64,000 nucleotides of DNA from Cyanidioschyzon merolae (Eukaryota), in the NCBI GenBank assembly GCA_000091205.1, contig AP006502.2. One strand, written 5' to 3'. Numbering within the stretch: the stretch's first letter is position 1; the number at the start of each line of letters is the position of its first letter. Positions 30,649-41,922 of this stretch are shown one piece after another. The notes below the pieces were generated by a model, which saw only the letters and a list, made by a program, of their open reading frames with translations, was not told the origin of the DNA and did no database searches. Both the position numbers and the translations under genes were made by a program.

Positions 30649-33498
30649 CTAGGACGCGGATGACTCTGGGGAGCGTGTCGCAGCGATATCCTTCAGTTGC
30701 GTCTTGGCAGCTAGACGACGCTGGGCATCACGCTCGTGTTCCCAGGCGAAACCCCTGCGACCAATCCAAACGCCTCGCTCAAGGCGTTGCGCTTGATGTT
30801 CACGCGCTAGCTGTGCAACATGAAGCACCTTTCCACCGCGACCCGGTTCGAACAGCGTGCCACCATCAAAGCGCGTTGCCTGTGCACTGCTGCTCACCGC
30901 AGACCGTCCTGCATTGCACGACTGCTGTGGCGTGCCGGGGGATTCAACGCCCCCGACACGCATCATGGCAAGTGCATTCTCCGTATCCGAAATGGAATTC
31001 GACAGGTTGTGCGCACCTTCTCCGGGTGCCGATGCATCGATACGCGCTGATGCCGATAGCCTGCCTCGCCGCTCCGTCGCGGACGCATGCGTTGAGGCAT
31101 CTGCCGCAGCCGCTGGTGTCGACGTCCGACGCAGGCACGGAAACGCGTCGGGCCCCGGCGGTATTTGGGCACGGGCACGAGCATTGCTCGACAACTGATG
31201 AGCATTCGTGTTCCTGACGACACTGGAAAGCGTTCGTGTCGCAGGAAGATTCCCTGCAGGCGGCGCTTCATTTGATTGGACCCGAGGGTGCGCGGCCAGC
31301 GCTCTACAGGCAGCGAAGAGCGCTTCTCGCAGTCGCGGATCGGGCTGTAGTGCGCACATTTCGAATAAGATAGCCGCAGCTACCGACCTGGATGCGCCGC
31401 TTTCCATTAAAAGGCGTTCGAGTGCCTGAACGCATGCTCCCGCTTGGAGTTCCCCACGCACCAGGCGCTCACAGTGCGCGCAGAACGCTAGCCAGCTCTC
31501 CTGACCCCCGGGAGACTCCGCTCGCAGGAGCGCCTTGACGCGCTCAAGCAGCCGTGCACCGCGTCGCATGGCTTCCTCTTCTGTTTTCGGAATCGGATGC
31601 ATTGCATGATCAGCAGCGGTCCTGAATTCAGCATCTCCAGCACGCTGGCTTTGGACGTCTCGACTGGAATGAGCGACCTCTGTGTCGAGCGCTTGACGCT
31701 GCCGATGATTGGTGCCAATACCCGGATTACTTGTTGCAAACCTGGGGTCACTGTTGCTGGCATTCGTCTCGTATGGTCGATATCGGGCGTCCGCTGCATG
31801 TGCCATAGAGTCACACGGCAGGGTATCGTGATCGGTGCGAGGTCGCTGGTCGACAGTCTGCCGTTGCCTGTTGCGGCTTTCCGATGTCTCAGGGGTTCTG
31901 CGCAGGGCGACCTGCTCCGTCGTCGATTCTGTCGCACTGGCGTATACCACAGCAGAACCCGAAAAGCCTCGTCGACGTGCTGCTGTGATGGTTGGTTCAT
32001 CCCTTCGGTGGATGATTCCGTCATACTGTCGAGCGCTACTCGTCTCGCTGACGTTCCAGGAACTCTGTCCTGAACGCTGCTGCTGCTGCTGCTGCTGCTG
32101 AAGCTCCTGAAATCGGAACGTTCGGCCCAAGGCTGTTGCGCTCGAAGCGGTACTCTGATGCGCCCCCGGACAGGCACGCCGCTGATGCGCTTGCAGATCC
32201 AGAAGCGTTGCGAACGCCAGACCACGACAGCTTGGGGCATCGCAAACATAATGTGCAGAACGATAGTGCTCCTCGAGTGCTTCAAAATTGCGATAGTACA
32301 CATACTGAATCCCATCTCTTTCACATAACGCACAGGTTTCATGCGACTGGGTCAGATGCTCGTAGAGCGCATCATCATCGTAGTAGAATCTCTTGCAAAA
32401 CCGGCATTCAGCGTGTTCGGATCGCAGGTGATCCCGCAAGGTTCCATCCCGCGAACCGCCAGACATTCGCTCTTCTGGTGATGATCGAGCAGCTCGGGAA
32501 TGTACTGCTTTCGTTCGTACAGGATACAACCGCAGCTCTGCCCAGTACTTACGACCAGAGCCGGCACAGACCTCACAAAGAGCATAACTGGGATGCGTCT
32601 TCTGCACATGGCGTCGCAGTCCCGACGGACTCGCACTCTGGAAGCCGCAAGCAGGACAAGTGGGAATCTGCAGGGCGCGCATTTGCTCCCATGCTGTTCG
32701 ATTTGAGTACTTCATGGCGGCTGTTGCGTCCCACATGTCCTGCGCGATATCGGGGTTGCTGTCTGTGGTTGCATCCTGTTTCAGCTCCGGGGACGATTGC
32801 ATTTCACCCGCAGGTATGACAAGCATTTCCTCTAGGTCCTGATTGCAGACCACACAACGACGAAGACGATAGAGGCATCGTATGCGATGTGCACAGAGTA
32901 AGCAGATTCGATGTGCACACGAGCCAATCGCCCAGAAGGTTGCTCGCTCCCGACACACGAGGCACACCGACTCGGACCCGGTTTCAGCACGCGAGTCGCT
33001 CAGTTCTGTGCTGGAGCAGGCGGGAGCTACCGTTTGACCAAAGCCTAGCGGTCTTTCTCTGAGCGAGCTCACTGCTGGCTCTTGAGCGTCGTCTGAGGGA
33101 CCCCTGGGCGCGGAACTCGGCTCCGTCCTGTTGTTGCTCGTTTCCAAACGGCCTCCTTTGTTAGCTGGAGCAGGACGCTGTTGTTGTCGTCGTTGCTGCT
33201 GCTCGTTCGGCGCAGTTGCGGACCGATGGCTTCGTGGAGTTGGTCCAGGAGACCGATGCGACTCGGCAGCACTCGCAAAGCCTGTAGCTTCACCTCGGGA
33301 CGCCTTGTCGCCAATCGACTTGTGCTCACACGCTGCTGCTGATGTGTGCTCTTTTTCGTGAGAATCTGCTCTAGTTGAACCGATCCTACTCCAGGTTCCT
33401 TCCAAACGGGGCTCACTTGTTGATGGTGTGTCTGTTGTTGAGTTCGAATCGTGTGTAGCCTTTGACTGTGTAGCAAAAGACTGCAGGCGTTCCCACAT
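30649..33498 (-). CDS. ZNF598/Hel2-like RING plus C2H2 E3 ubiquitin ligase with long low-complexity extensions
   Basis: RING CLVCRERATFWAIGSCAHRICLLCAHRI...CVVCN followed by C2H2 fingers (TCPACGFQSASPSGLRRHVQKTHP, LCEVC...FYYDDDALYEHLTQSHETCALC, YRNFEALEEHYRSAHYVC). This order matches ZNF598. PolyQ from (CTG)8 at 32077-32100. First ATG at 33498. Confidence 0.7.
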   Translation of the reverse strand: MWERLQSFATQSKATHDSNSTTDTPSTSEPRLEGTWSRIGSTRADSHEKEHTSAAACEHKSIGDKASRGEATGFASAAESHRSPGPTPRSHRSATAPNEQQQRRQQQRPAPANKGGRLETSNNRTEPSSAPRGPSDDAQEPAVSSLRERPLGFGQTVAPACSSTELSDSRAETGSESVCLVCRERATFWAIGSCAHRICLLCAHRIRCLYRLRRCVVCNQDLEEMLVIPAGEMQSSPELKQDATTDSNPDIAQDMWDATAAMKYSNRTAWEQMRALQIPTCPACGFQSASPSGLRRHVQKTHPSYALCEVCAGSGRKYWAELRLYPVRTKAVHSRAARSSPEERMSGGSRDGTLRDHLRSEHAECRFCKRFYYDDDALYEHLTQSHETCALCERDGIQYVYYRNFEALEEHYRSAHYVCDAPSCRGLAFATLLDLQAHQRRACPGAHQSTASSATALGRTFRFQELQQQQQQQQRSGQSSWNVSETSSARQYDGIIHRRDEPTITAARRRGFSGSAVVYASATESTTEQVALRRTPETSESRNRQRQTVDQRPRTDHDTLPCDSMAHAADARYRPYETNASNSDPRFATSNPGIGTNHRQRQALDTEVAHSSRDVQSQRAGDAEFRTAADHAMHPIPKTEEEAMRRGARLLERVKALLRAESPGGQESWLAFCAHCERLVRGELQAGACVQALERLLMESGASRSVAAAILFEMCALQPDPRLREALFAACRALAAHPRVQSNEAPPAGNLPATRTLSSVVRNTNAHQLSSNARARAQIPPGPDAFPCLRRTSTPAAAADASTHASATERRGRLSASARIDASAPGEGAHNLSNSISDTENALAMMRVGGVESPGTPQQSCNAGRSAVSSSAQATRFDGGTLFEPGRGGKVLHVAQLAREHQAQRLERGVWIGRRGFAWEHERDAQRRLAAKTQLKDIAATRSPESSAS

Positions 33499-35001
33499 AG
33501 CACAAGCCTTCAACAGAAAACTGAACCCTTGTAAGTTGTAAGAGTTGTAACAGAGCTGACAGCAGCGCCGTGGAGCTCAGACAAGAACACCTAGAGTGCT
33601 CGCAAGAAGCACAAACTTGAGTGTTTCGGGCGCCTCAAGATAGTCGGACAAAAAGCTCAACCAGCACGAAAAATCGGCATCTACTGTACCAGGTCGAATC
33701 GGGAGGCGCAGGGTCGTTGTTCACGAACTGATGCTCTGTCCTCTATAGATATATATGTCGCAAAATGATAGACCATGGACTTGTGCGCCGCATGTGTTGC
33801 CGCGGGCCCCCCGTAGAGCCCCGCTGCGCTTAGCAGGCACCCGTGTTCGTGACTGAGTATCTACGCGAAGATTGGTCCAGCAACCTTGAAGCAGAGGCGC
33901 TGTGCATCGACTTCCGAGTAAGACATCCCAAAAATAACAGCAGAGTCACGAGTGAGCGGGATACTACGCATAATCATAAACTTACATGATTTACTTGTCG
34001 ACAGGATTCTTGTATGCGCGTCTGCGTCGTGTACCCGGAAAAGCAGCGCGTTCCACTGACACAGAGATCGTCGAGTATAGTACATGAGATTACATTTTCT
34101 CAGTGCGGCATGGATGCATCGAACGTATTGCCCAGCTGTCAAAGAGCGGGACGGGACGTGGAGGCTCTATTTGAGTACTTCGACATGCACAGAACCCCGT
34201 GCCCGACATTTCTTGAGTCGTTCTCTTTAGTGCAGGACTGACACATTGCTTCCGACGCCGCCGGATATGGAATCGCTTAAAGCCATCACATGACGAACCA
34301 CAAATCGTACGATCAAGTCTAATTGGTCAGCAATTGGCGAGGCAGCAACGACAGCGGCAGCGGCGAGCTCATCGCTCGCAGCCCCGTGCTTTCCCCTGAT
34401 AAAGCGTTGACCCGTCCGAAAAGACTTTTGGATGTGCGAGCGCCTCCCAATGAACTGTGGTGCAAATACTTTGCCTTTGATGGACGCTATCAGCTTTCAT
34501 TACCTATAGATTCGCGGTTTTGCATGGCGGACGAGCATGGTACTGTGATCCCGCTATAGCGCAGAGGTGCCGCACAAAGCAGGGCGCTTCAGCGGGACGT
34601 CGCGGGTATGTGCACGAGCCCTCTGGTGCATTCTTCTTCTGGAACGCGTCGATCCCAGGAGGCGCGCAAATGCGCATCGCTGCAGATCGTTTGAACATAC
34701 AGCATCCCTTTGACCGGTTTATCCATTATTTCACCATATTTTCCATGCTTCTGTCAAGAGGCCGTAACCCGACGTGTGCGCATGCGCAACTTTGTATTGC
34801 GGGCTTGTTTCGTGAGACGCTGCCACAGACAAGCGTTTTCAGCAGTTGCATACGCGTCTCAGTATCGCTCTTTCTCTCGTTTAGGGTTATCTTGGCGGCT
34901 TGGACGTTTTGGATTTTGTTGTCCCTAATTTGATACGCGTCTAGGGACTGGTCTCGGCTCTTTGAAGTGGTGCACGTAGCCAAACCTAGCTGCTGCGCAC
35001 A

Positions 35002-36660
35002 ATGAACGGCCACGCACAGGGAAACACGCTCGGGACGCAACCGTTGGGCCCTCCGCAGTTCATCGGTTCACGAATCTCTTTGCTTTCGAAAATGAACGTC
35101 CGCTACGAGGGTGTTTTATACAGTATCAACGCGCAGGACAGCACGGTGCAACTGCAGAACGTGCGCTGTTACGGCACGGAGGATCGCGTGCGGCCGGACG
35201 GAGGCCCGCCGGTCCCGCCCTCCCTTGATATCTACAGCTTTATCGTTTTTCGGGGTGCGGACATTCAGGACTTGAAGGTGGTCGTGCCGGCGCCAGTCGC
35301 ACCGCCGCAACTGCCGCCGCAGCAGGGAGCGTCGCTGCAGTCTGTCGCGCCCCCTGCGCCGCCCCATGGATACCCCCCGGGGACGGCGCCATCGTCCATG
35401 ATGGGTCCACCGTATTTCCCTCCATACGGAGGCAACATGATGCCGACCACAAACGCTTCAGGAGGACACGCGGCCTGGTCCGCGGGCAGCTCGCTGCCGA
35501 TGCCTCAGGCCCCGCCGCAGACGTTCGCGCCTCCTCGATCGGATACGACCTCGTACGGGCAGCCGTACCCGCAGCAGCCGAGCTATCGCTATGATGTGCC
35601 TCCTGTTCAACAAGCACTCCAGGGCTATCCGGGGGCGCCCCTGCCTACATTTATGGGATCTGCGGTTGATTGGGAGGATCGCCCGTCGCCGAGTGCTGGC
35701 GCACCAGTCCCAGGCAGAAATGTGATTGAGAATCCACCATCTGGCCGAGGCAGTGATACTGAAATCAATAAGGAAAGCACCGCTGTGACCGCTACTCGGC
35801 AGTCACAGGCCGAGCCTTCCGCAACACGTGTTCCAGTCGGGAATGAGGACATGCACATGGATCCCAAAAGACATCCCGAGCAGCAAAATGAGCCAAGAAG
35901 CACGAAGCAGGAGGAGTGGAAGAGCAAGGAAACCACCGGCGAGGGCCCGGAAAGGAAGACGTATGGGCGCCCTGTGAACCCAACCAGAAGTGATCGCAGA
36001 GAGCCTGAAGCGACGACAAAGCCTCCCGCACCGAACGGGCGCTTCCGCAGGCAGATGCAGCGAAGCACTGGTGCTGCTGATCGCCACGCTGGCGACACGA
36101 ATCATAGACATGGACAGCATCTGCATGACACTACTCGGAGAGGAAGCGGGCCGAGCAATACGAGAACACATTGGACCCGTCGCCAATCGTCGACGCCCGC
36201 GGCTATCGAAGAGTTCGATTTCGAATCCATGCGTGAGAAACTGCAAAAATCTCTGCTGATTGAAGAAGAGGTTCTGAAAAAAATACGCGAACAACCGAAA
36301 AAATACGATAAGAACAAATCGTTTTTCGACTCTCTAGGCGACGAGACTGCATCTGAGGTGCTTGCACCCCCAGCGGGTAGCGAATCCGTCACCAGTGACG
36401 GTGCTCAACTCAGCGAAAGACCCAAAGCAACGCAGCGCTCTTCCGATGCAAAGAATGTTGAAACCTTCGGCGAGGCGGCGATTCGTCTCCGTCGCCAACG
36501 GAGTCGAAACAGCGGACATGCTCGCCAGTACAGAAGACCTCCCGACGGACGCCCAACGAATCGGCAACGAGTGCCCGCGTCGAGAGGCGATGCAGCCCCG
36601 AAGCGCGCTGCACCACCGGAGGCGTCCACGCGCGATGCAGAGCCTGCAGTCTCCGTGTAG
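35002..36660 (+). CDS. LSm14/Scd6/RAP55-family mRNP protein
   Basis: N-terminal LSm14 domain FIGSRISLLSKMNVRYEGVLYSINAQDSTVQLQNVRCYGTEDR. Pro/Gln-rich linker. FDF motif EEFDFESMREKL. ATG at 35002. Confidence 0.8.
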   Translation: MNGHAQGNTLGTQPLGPPQFIGSRISLLSKMNVRYEGVLYSINAQDSTVQLQNVRCYGTEDRVRPDGGPPVPPSLDIYSFIVFRGADIQDLKVVVPAPVAPPQLPPQQGASLQSVAPPAPPHGYPPGTAPSSMMGPPYFPPYGGNMMPTTNASGGHAAWSAGSSLPMPQAPPQTFAPPRSDTTSYGQPYPQQPSYRYDVPPVQQALQGYPGAPLPTFMGSAVDWEDRPSPSAGAPVPGRNVIENPPSGRGSDTEINKESTAVTATRQSQAEPSATRVPVGNEDMHMDPKRHPEQQNEPRSTKQEEWKSKETTGEGPERKTYGRPVNPTRSDRREPEATTKPPAPNGRFRRQMQRSTGAADRHAGDTNHRHGQHLHDTTRRGSGPSNTRTHWTRRQSSTPAAIEEFDFESMREKLQKSLLIEEEVLKKIREQPKKYDKNKSFFDSLGDETASEVLAPPAGSESVTSDGAQLSERPKATQRSSDAKNVETFGEAAIRLRRQRSRNSGHARQYRRPPDGRPTNRQRVPASRGDAAPKRAAPPEASTRDAEPAVSV

Positions 36661-36926
36661 AGGAGCGGGCTCCAGCACGCACTGTCTCTGGGATGGTGCA
36701 CGAAGCGCGTCGCCAGGCTCGATGCATCACCGCAACAAAGCATCGTAAACTGTGCTTCCGGGTGGTACCTTGGGAATATAGGGTGCTTGGCGAGCATCCG
36801 CGAATATCGCTTCTACTAGTTGCTGGATATCGTTCGCCGTCTGGAGTCAGTTGCACTAGGGCAGCGAACGATCGCGCTGCGATTGCCCTGGTTGCAGACT
36901 GCTTCTGATCCGTGAACGCTCAAGCG

Positions 36927-36976
36927 ACAGCAGCAGCAGCAGCAGCAGCAGCAGCCGTCGTCGTCGTCGTCGTCGT
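36927..36976. repeat. compound microsatellite (CAG)9(CGT)7
   Basis: cagcagcagcagcagcagcagcagcagccgtcgtcgtcgtcgtcgtcgtcgtt in the intergenic region. Confidence 0.9.
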
Positions 36977-39430
36977 TTTGGAGCTGGGCATCGAAATCCT
37001 TCAATACGATCGTCAAGCGTGCACGCTTTGTCACTTGTGACGTTCATGCTGGCAACTCATGACGTGCAGCAGACAATATGCCGTGATCGCTGGACAGCGT
37101 CGATATGCTGGACTGGCTCGCGACTGGCGCAGGACGCCGAGAACGCCCTTGTCGCACGGCGGCATGCGTACCCTGCACCCTTCTCAGATGCAGGTGCAAT
37201 ACTGAACTGCTTGCTCTGTGTGTGCTTTTCGATTTTCTCGAACTTTTTTTTCGATGTATGACTTGGCAGACCAAATACAGCAATGAAGGCAAACGGGTTC
37301 ATTCATAATTTTCGGACACCTGGTTGTTTACTGCTGGTCGTGCGTTAGACGTTTTGCCGCTGGAATTCGTTACGTCACTGGAATCAGGATGATTGGCAAT
37401 GCTTACGAAAAGTGTCCGTAAAATAATCGATATCAATATCCAGTGCAGACTTAAAAGCCCCACCTCTTTTCCCTACATAGAGCTTGCTCAGAATATGTAT
37501 TTTTCAGACTTTCGATCTTTATCACAAAAAGCAACTCGTGAGGGTAGGGATTTCCACCGCTGGACTGACGACCACGAAAAACTCGACTCTGTTCCTGGTC
37601 GACTTGTTCACAAACCCATACCGAAACTTCACAGCACCTCTCAGGTCAACTGATAATCTCCGCCGTTCTGAACCCAAATCATGCTCTGCTGGTGGCCATC
37701 GGTGAAACGCCATTCGACAACCGAGTGAACCCTCGAACGGGATCTTGTCCAAGAGGCTCCCGTCTCTTCTTTTCGCATCGAAAGGGGTCATTGGCTCGGA
37801 CTTGGGTCACCGCTTTGCACGGAGAATGCATAGCGGGATCAGCAGTTGCCGAATGGATCTCGAGCCTGAATTTCCGTCCCGATTACGCAGTTCATCGTGG
37901 ACAACATCGCGTACCATATGTATCCTCTATGGAGTCGAACGGCGTGCGCAGCAGACAGAGTACTCGGCGAGGGGATGCCCCAGAAGAAGGCCTGTGATCC
38001 TAGGGTACGGCACTGGGCGCGGAAACCGAGCAGACCATCGAGTCGCGCCTGCTGTAGCCGCGAGCGGCATGTGCTGGGCGCTGAACCGAACGTTCACGCG
38101 CAACAGAGCATCGCTCGGAGCGTAAGCTATGGTGGACATGTGGGAACACTTGCCCCAGTCTAGAGTCATCACTATAAAGCGAGCACAGATGCTGTACGCA
38201 AAGAAGATGGAAATCGCAAGCGAAGCACAGAGCGCAACGACCGTTTGTGAATGAAATGCGTCGACAAGAGTTGGAATCGGCACACTCGGGGCTCGAACAT
38301 CACCATGAATATCCTTCGAGTGCTGTCGCAAGAGCTGGATGGATACCTGCGACTGACAGATTCAACGCCGGAGATAAGAGAGACGAAAGACCATTCGAAG
38401 AAAAGCTCCCATTTGCTTTTGTTGATTGAAATGGGAAGCGATTCGAAGTTGAATGTGGACGCCCTAGTTAGCCAAGTGCACCCATTCTATTTGATGCTGA
38501 CGTGGGTGTAGCGCCTCGACTATCCGCTGCAAGCGGTCTGCTCTGCACCGCGCGATCAGCAGTGCGTGAAATAGTCCATGACACGACTTCAGCAGGAAAC
38601 ATGGATTCGTAAGCTGCTCAGGGTACAGGTTCCCGCTCTTGCCCGGCAATGTCGAGCCAACCCGTGCGGTATTGAGATCAATCCAGACCTGCAGCATCTC
38701 CGCCGAATACCTAGGTTCATCGGGTGTGTGGTTCCGGTACACATACCGTCTCCAGCTTCAGTGCCGTGCTACACGAGCGCGTTGGAGATTGGGTGCAAGG
38801 AAAGCGATCCTCCTTGGAAACGAACCAAAAAATATACGGAACGCATCGGCCTCCGCGAACGACCCAGCTTGCGACCCGCTGCAAAGCTTCTAGCGCCCTT
38901 TACAGGAACAGAAACACTTTTCCCGAGCTGTTTTCTGAAAGGAAACCCTCTTCCCGGTATGCCTCACTGCGAAGCGGGCCACCGGGCAGAAACTTCCCTC
39001 CCCGGACACTCCGTCGGAATGAGCGGATGCCCACTGCAGCTTATCGCTAGGCACTCATCGTGTAGGATCGATGCGTCGGAGCGGAATCCCGGGATGCGCC
39101 ACTGATTTCGGCAGCTACGATGAATCCCGCCGCTCCGTTCCATACCCCAAAGAAAATGCGCATGCTGCAGACCGCTCTCTCCGACGGGGCCAGAAATTCC
39201 ATTCTTCGGATAACTGTCTGAGAACCGAGCCTCGCGCCCACGCTTGCGGTGAAGGTATATGATGCGCCGTCGCCGCCGCTGCAGTCGCTATCACGCAAAG
39301 ACAGAGCGGCTCCGAGGCGCAGGTACGGTCATCCGCATGCGCAGTACACTGTTCGGGCGTGGCGTACGTAGTGCTGTGCATTTCAGAGTCGAGCGCTGGG
39401 CCCGCCATAGTGCTCGCTCGCCAACGAGCT

Positions 39431-40348
39431 CTATTCGCCAAGCATCTTTTGCATGGCTTGAAGAAAACGAGGTTCGAGCATCGCAGCTGGATCAGTGACT
39501 GCACCAGCTGCGAAAACATATCGAATGCTTTCGATCGAAACATTCAGTGAGAGCATGCTCAGCACAAGCACGGCATTCCGCGCTCGACAGAGCGCCTCGG
39601 CGTCGCCCGTCGTCAGCAGCGACGTCGACGTGGGCTCCGCTTCATCTGCTACCGCACCAGCGCGGTCTGTTTCCTCAGGATTCCAATAAATCCAGATGTA
39701 ACCATTGACACCAAGTACAACCCAAAGATGCGGATAACCGAGGCTGGCAAATGCTCGACCAGTGCGGCGAATCAGTCCAGGCGGAACGGACACGAAGACG
39801 CCGAACTGGCTGAGGCGACCGAACTTATCCTCGAGGCGCGTATGCAGCATAATGGAGCCGTCTGCTTTGATTTCCTGAACCTCAGCAGCGATGAGATCGG
39901 TTTCGGCGTAAAAAGCCCGCATATTAAGTTCGTCCTCCCTGGTGCGGCGGCGTTGCACCGCTCCCGGTAAACGGATCGCGAAGAGCGTGAGCACCGCATC
40001 TTGTCGTGCTTGGATATCTACTTTCCACCGACGCGAGGCCGGCAGCACCTGAGCGATTCGACCAACGACAACGTCACCAACGTTGGGAACATAACGCCCT
40101 CGCCAGGACCGAATGGTGACCAGTTTGTTGATGCGTTCGACCGTGCCTGCCAAGGTTGCCCGCAATACTTTTGATTCGTCACTAGGTGTCCAGAATATTC
40201 CATGACCTCTGAGCGTATTTTGTTCCGGGGCGTAAATAGCATCCCCCGGAAGAGCCAGTGATGCTGCAGGTGCAACCTTTGGTAGGGGGATACGTTGTTC
40301 CAACGGGGTATGGAAGCGGCCGTTTGCGGTGGCTTTTTGCTCTTCCAT
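39431..40348 (-). CDS. RRP4: exosome complex component Rrp4 (S1 + KH)
   Basis: S1 region GDVVVGRI.QV....WKVDIQARQDAVL and EDELNMRAFYAETDLIAAEVQEI..DGSIMLHTR. KH-like region GRAF..LGYPHLWVVLGVNGYIWI. The track start is TTG; first ATG is 40348. Confidence 0.8.
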   Translation of the reverse strand: MEEQKATANGRFHTPLEQRIPLPKVAPAASLALPGDAIYAPEQNTLRGHGIFWTPSDESKVLRATLAGTVERINKLVTIRSWRGRYVPNVGDVVVGRIAQVLPASRRWKVDIQARQDAVLTLFAIRLPGAVQRRRTREDELNMRAFYAETDLIAAEVQEIKADGSIMLHTRLEDKFGRLSQFGVFVSVPPGLIRRTGRAFASLGYPHLWVVLGVNGYIWIYWNPEETDRAGAVADEAEPTSTSLLTTGDAEALCRARNAVLVLSMLSLNVSIESIRYVFAAGAVTDPAAMLEPRFLQAMQKMLGE

Positions 40349-41385
40349 GCCCCCTGGATCACAGCTTGTAACAAAGCTGCAGCTCGCCACCGGCAAGAAT
40401 GAAGTGAGCAAGCGCTTTCTTGCACTTGTGCAGCCCGAACGAAATCAGTAGCTCCTGACGGAGCGCAGGTCTCCGAGTGGACCTCCAGCGTGCGCTTTCC
40501 CAGGAACCGCAGCGGCACGTCAGTGTCAAAGCGACTCTACCGATTTAGAAGGCCCTTGGTAGGAGCGACGAATAGCCACGACCAGCTCCAGCAGGTCGTT
40601 CGAACTACAACGCGAAGTCGGCTGAAGCACCACGTCCCAAGAGAATGTTGCAGCAGAGATTTCCAAGTATCAACACGGGTAACACAAAGCACTGACGACG
40701 ACGAGCTCTGAACGCGATTCGCAGGTCCGTCACCCTGTGTTCCGCAAGTGCTAACAGACTTGTGACAGTTGTGGGAGGTGGCCTCAAAGCCGCGAGCACC
40801 CGGCTCCTGAAACGCTTTCTTATCGCCTTGTTTCGTTGCAGCGATACGCTGACGCTCGCTGCGCTCCAGCTATGACCATCGTTGAGCGCAGCGCTGAGCA
40901 GCGGCAGCGTATCCCGCGGGCAAGGTCCCCGATGTTTATGATATACGATTTCTCAGTCTACTCAAGATTCCCCAGGTGTGTAAGCTCTACTCGTATTCGG
41001 TGCAGAGACTGCAGTCTCATAAGAAACGCAATCACATTACACGGAACCTTGTGTGACGCTCTCCCAGGCACACCCCCTTGAACCGACGATACACCGGAGG
41101 TCGACCCTGCCGATGCATTTGATGCAACGTCGAATGCGGAGTCGCGGTCGCCCGTGAGAGACACCACCATGACTTTGTCATGCCTTTGTGAGCGGCGGTC
41201 GAGGCAGGCAACCAACGTTCTTCGCCACAGCGCGCACATATACGCTCCCAAACTCCAGCTGTTTTCCTTGAGCATCGAGCAGTTTATCCCCAGTTTTTTT
41301 GTTCGATATCGTTCAGCAAGCACTCCTGGGTCACGCTCTTTTTCCAGTTAACACCGCATACACGTTACTGACCTACGGTTCAGAA

Positions 41386-41417
41386 CGGTGGTGGTGATGA
41401 TGATGATGATGATGATG
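41386..41417. repeat. (GGT)3(GAT)8 microsatellite
   Basis: ggtggtggtgatgatgatgatgatgatgatgg. It encodes His10 in a spurious minus-strand ORF. Confidence 0.9.
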
Positions 41418-41922
41418 ATGGGCCTCGCGGCATTCCATAACCTGCTTTCGCCCAAGGGCGCAGGCTGCACAGACCCAGCACGACTTCGTTGACGAAGCGC
41501 AACACGTCTCAGGATGCGACATGCCTGGGCCGGGGCGCGCAGTGCTCGTCACCAAAGCGTCTACAGCACGCGACTGGAACGTGCCCGCCAACGCCTCTGT
41601 TCAGGAAGCGGAGCGCGTTTTGAACGCTGACTCGGTCGTCTCCGACGTTGACGTAACGAGATAAAATCAGATCCATCATTCGATGACACCTATCACGGAA
41701 CGCTGTTTCGAAGCGACATAGGTACATTGCACTGCCACTCTTATCTTATAACGTTTCCGGCTTCTCCCAAGGGCATCATATAAGCAGCAGTCCAGTTAGC
41801 AAGCTGTGCAGCATATTACCACGACGGCAAAATCGGCTTGTCGCGTCTCTGCTTTCGAGCAAGCATGCACGTCGGGTGCTTGCCAGCGCACCAAAAAAAT
41901 GCACATGACGGGCAGATACATG

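Noticed and set aside
34531-34610. tRNA-like A-box (ccgctatagcgcagaggtgc)
   Set aside because: No matching T-arm or B-box and no acceptor-stem pairing.
41373-41591. 72-aa ORF ending in His10 as a His-rich protein
   Set aside because: The His run is simply the reverse frame of the (GAT)n microsatellite, and the ORF is short with no other support.
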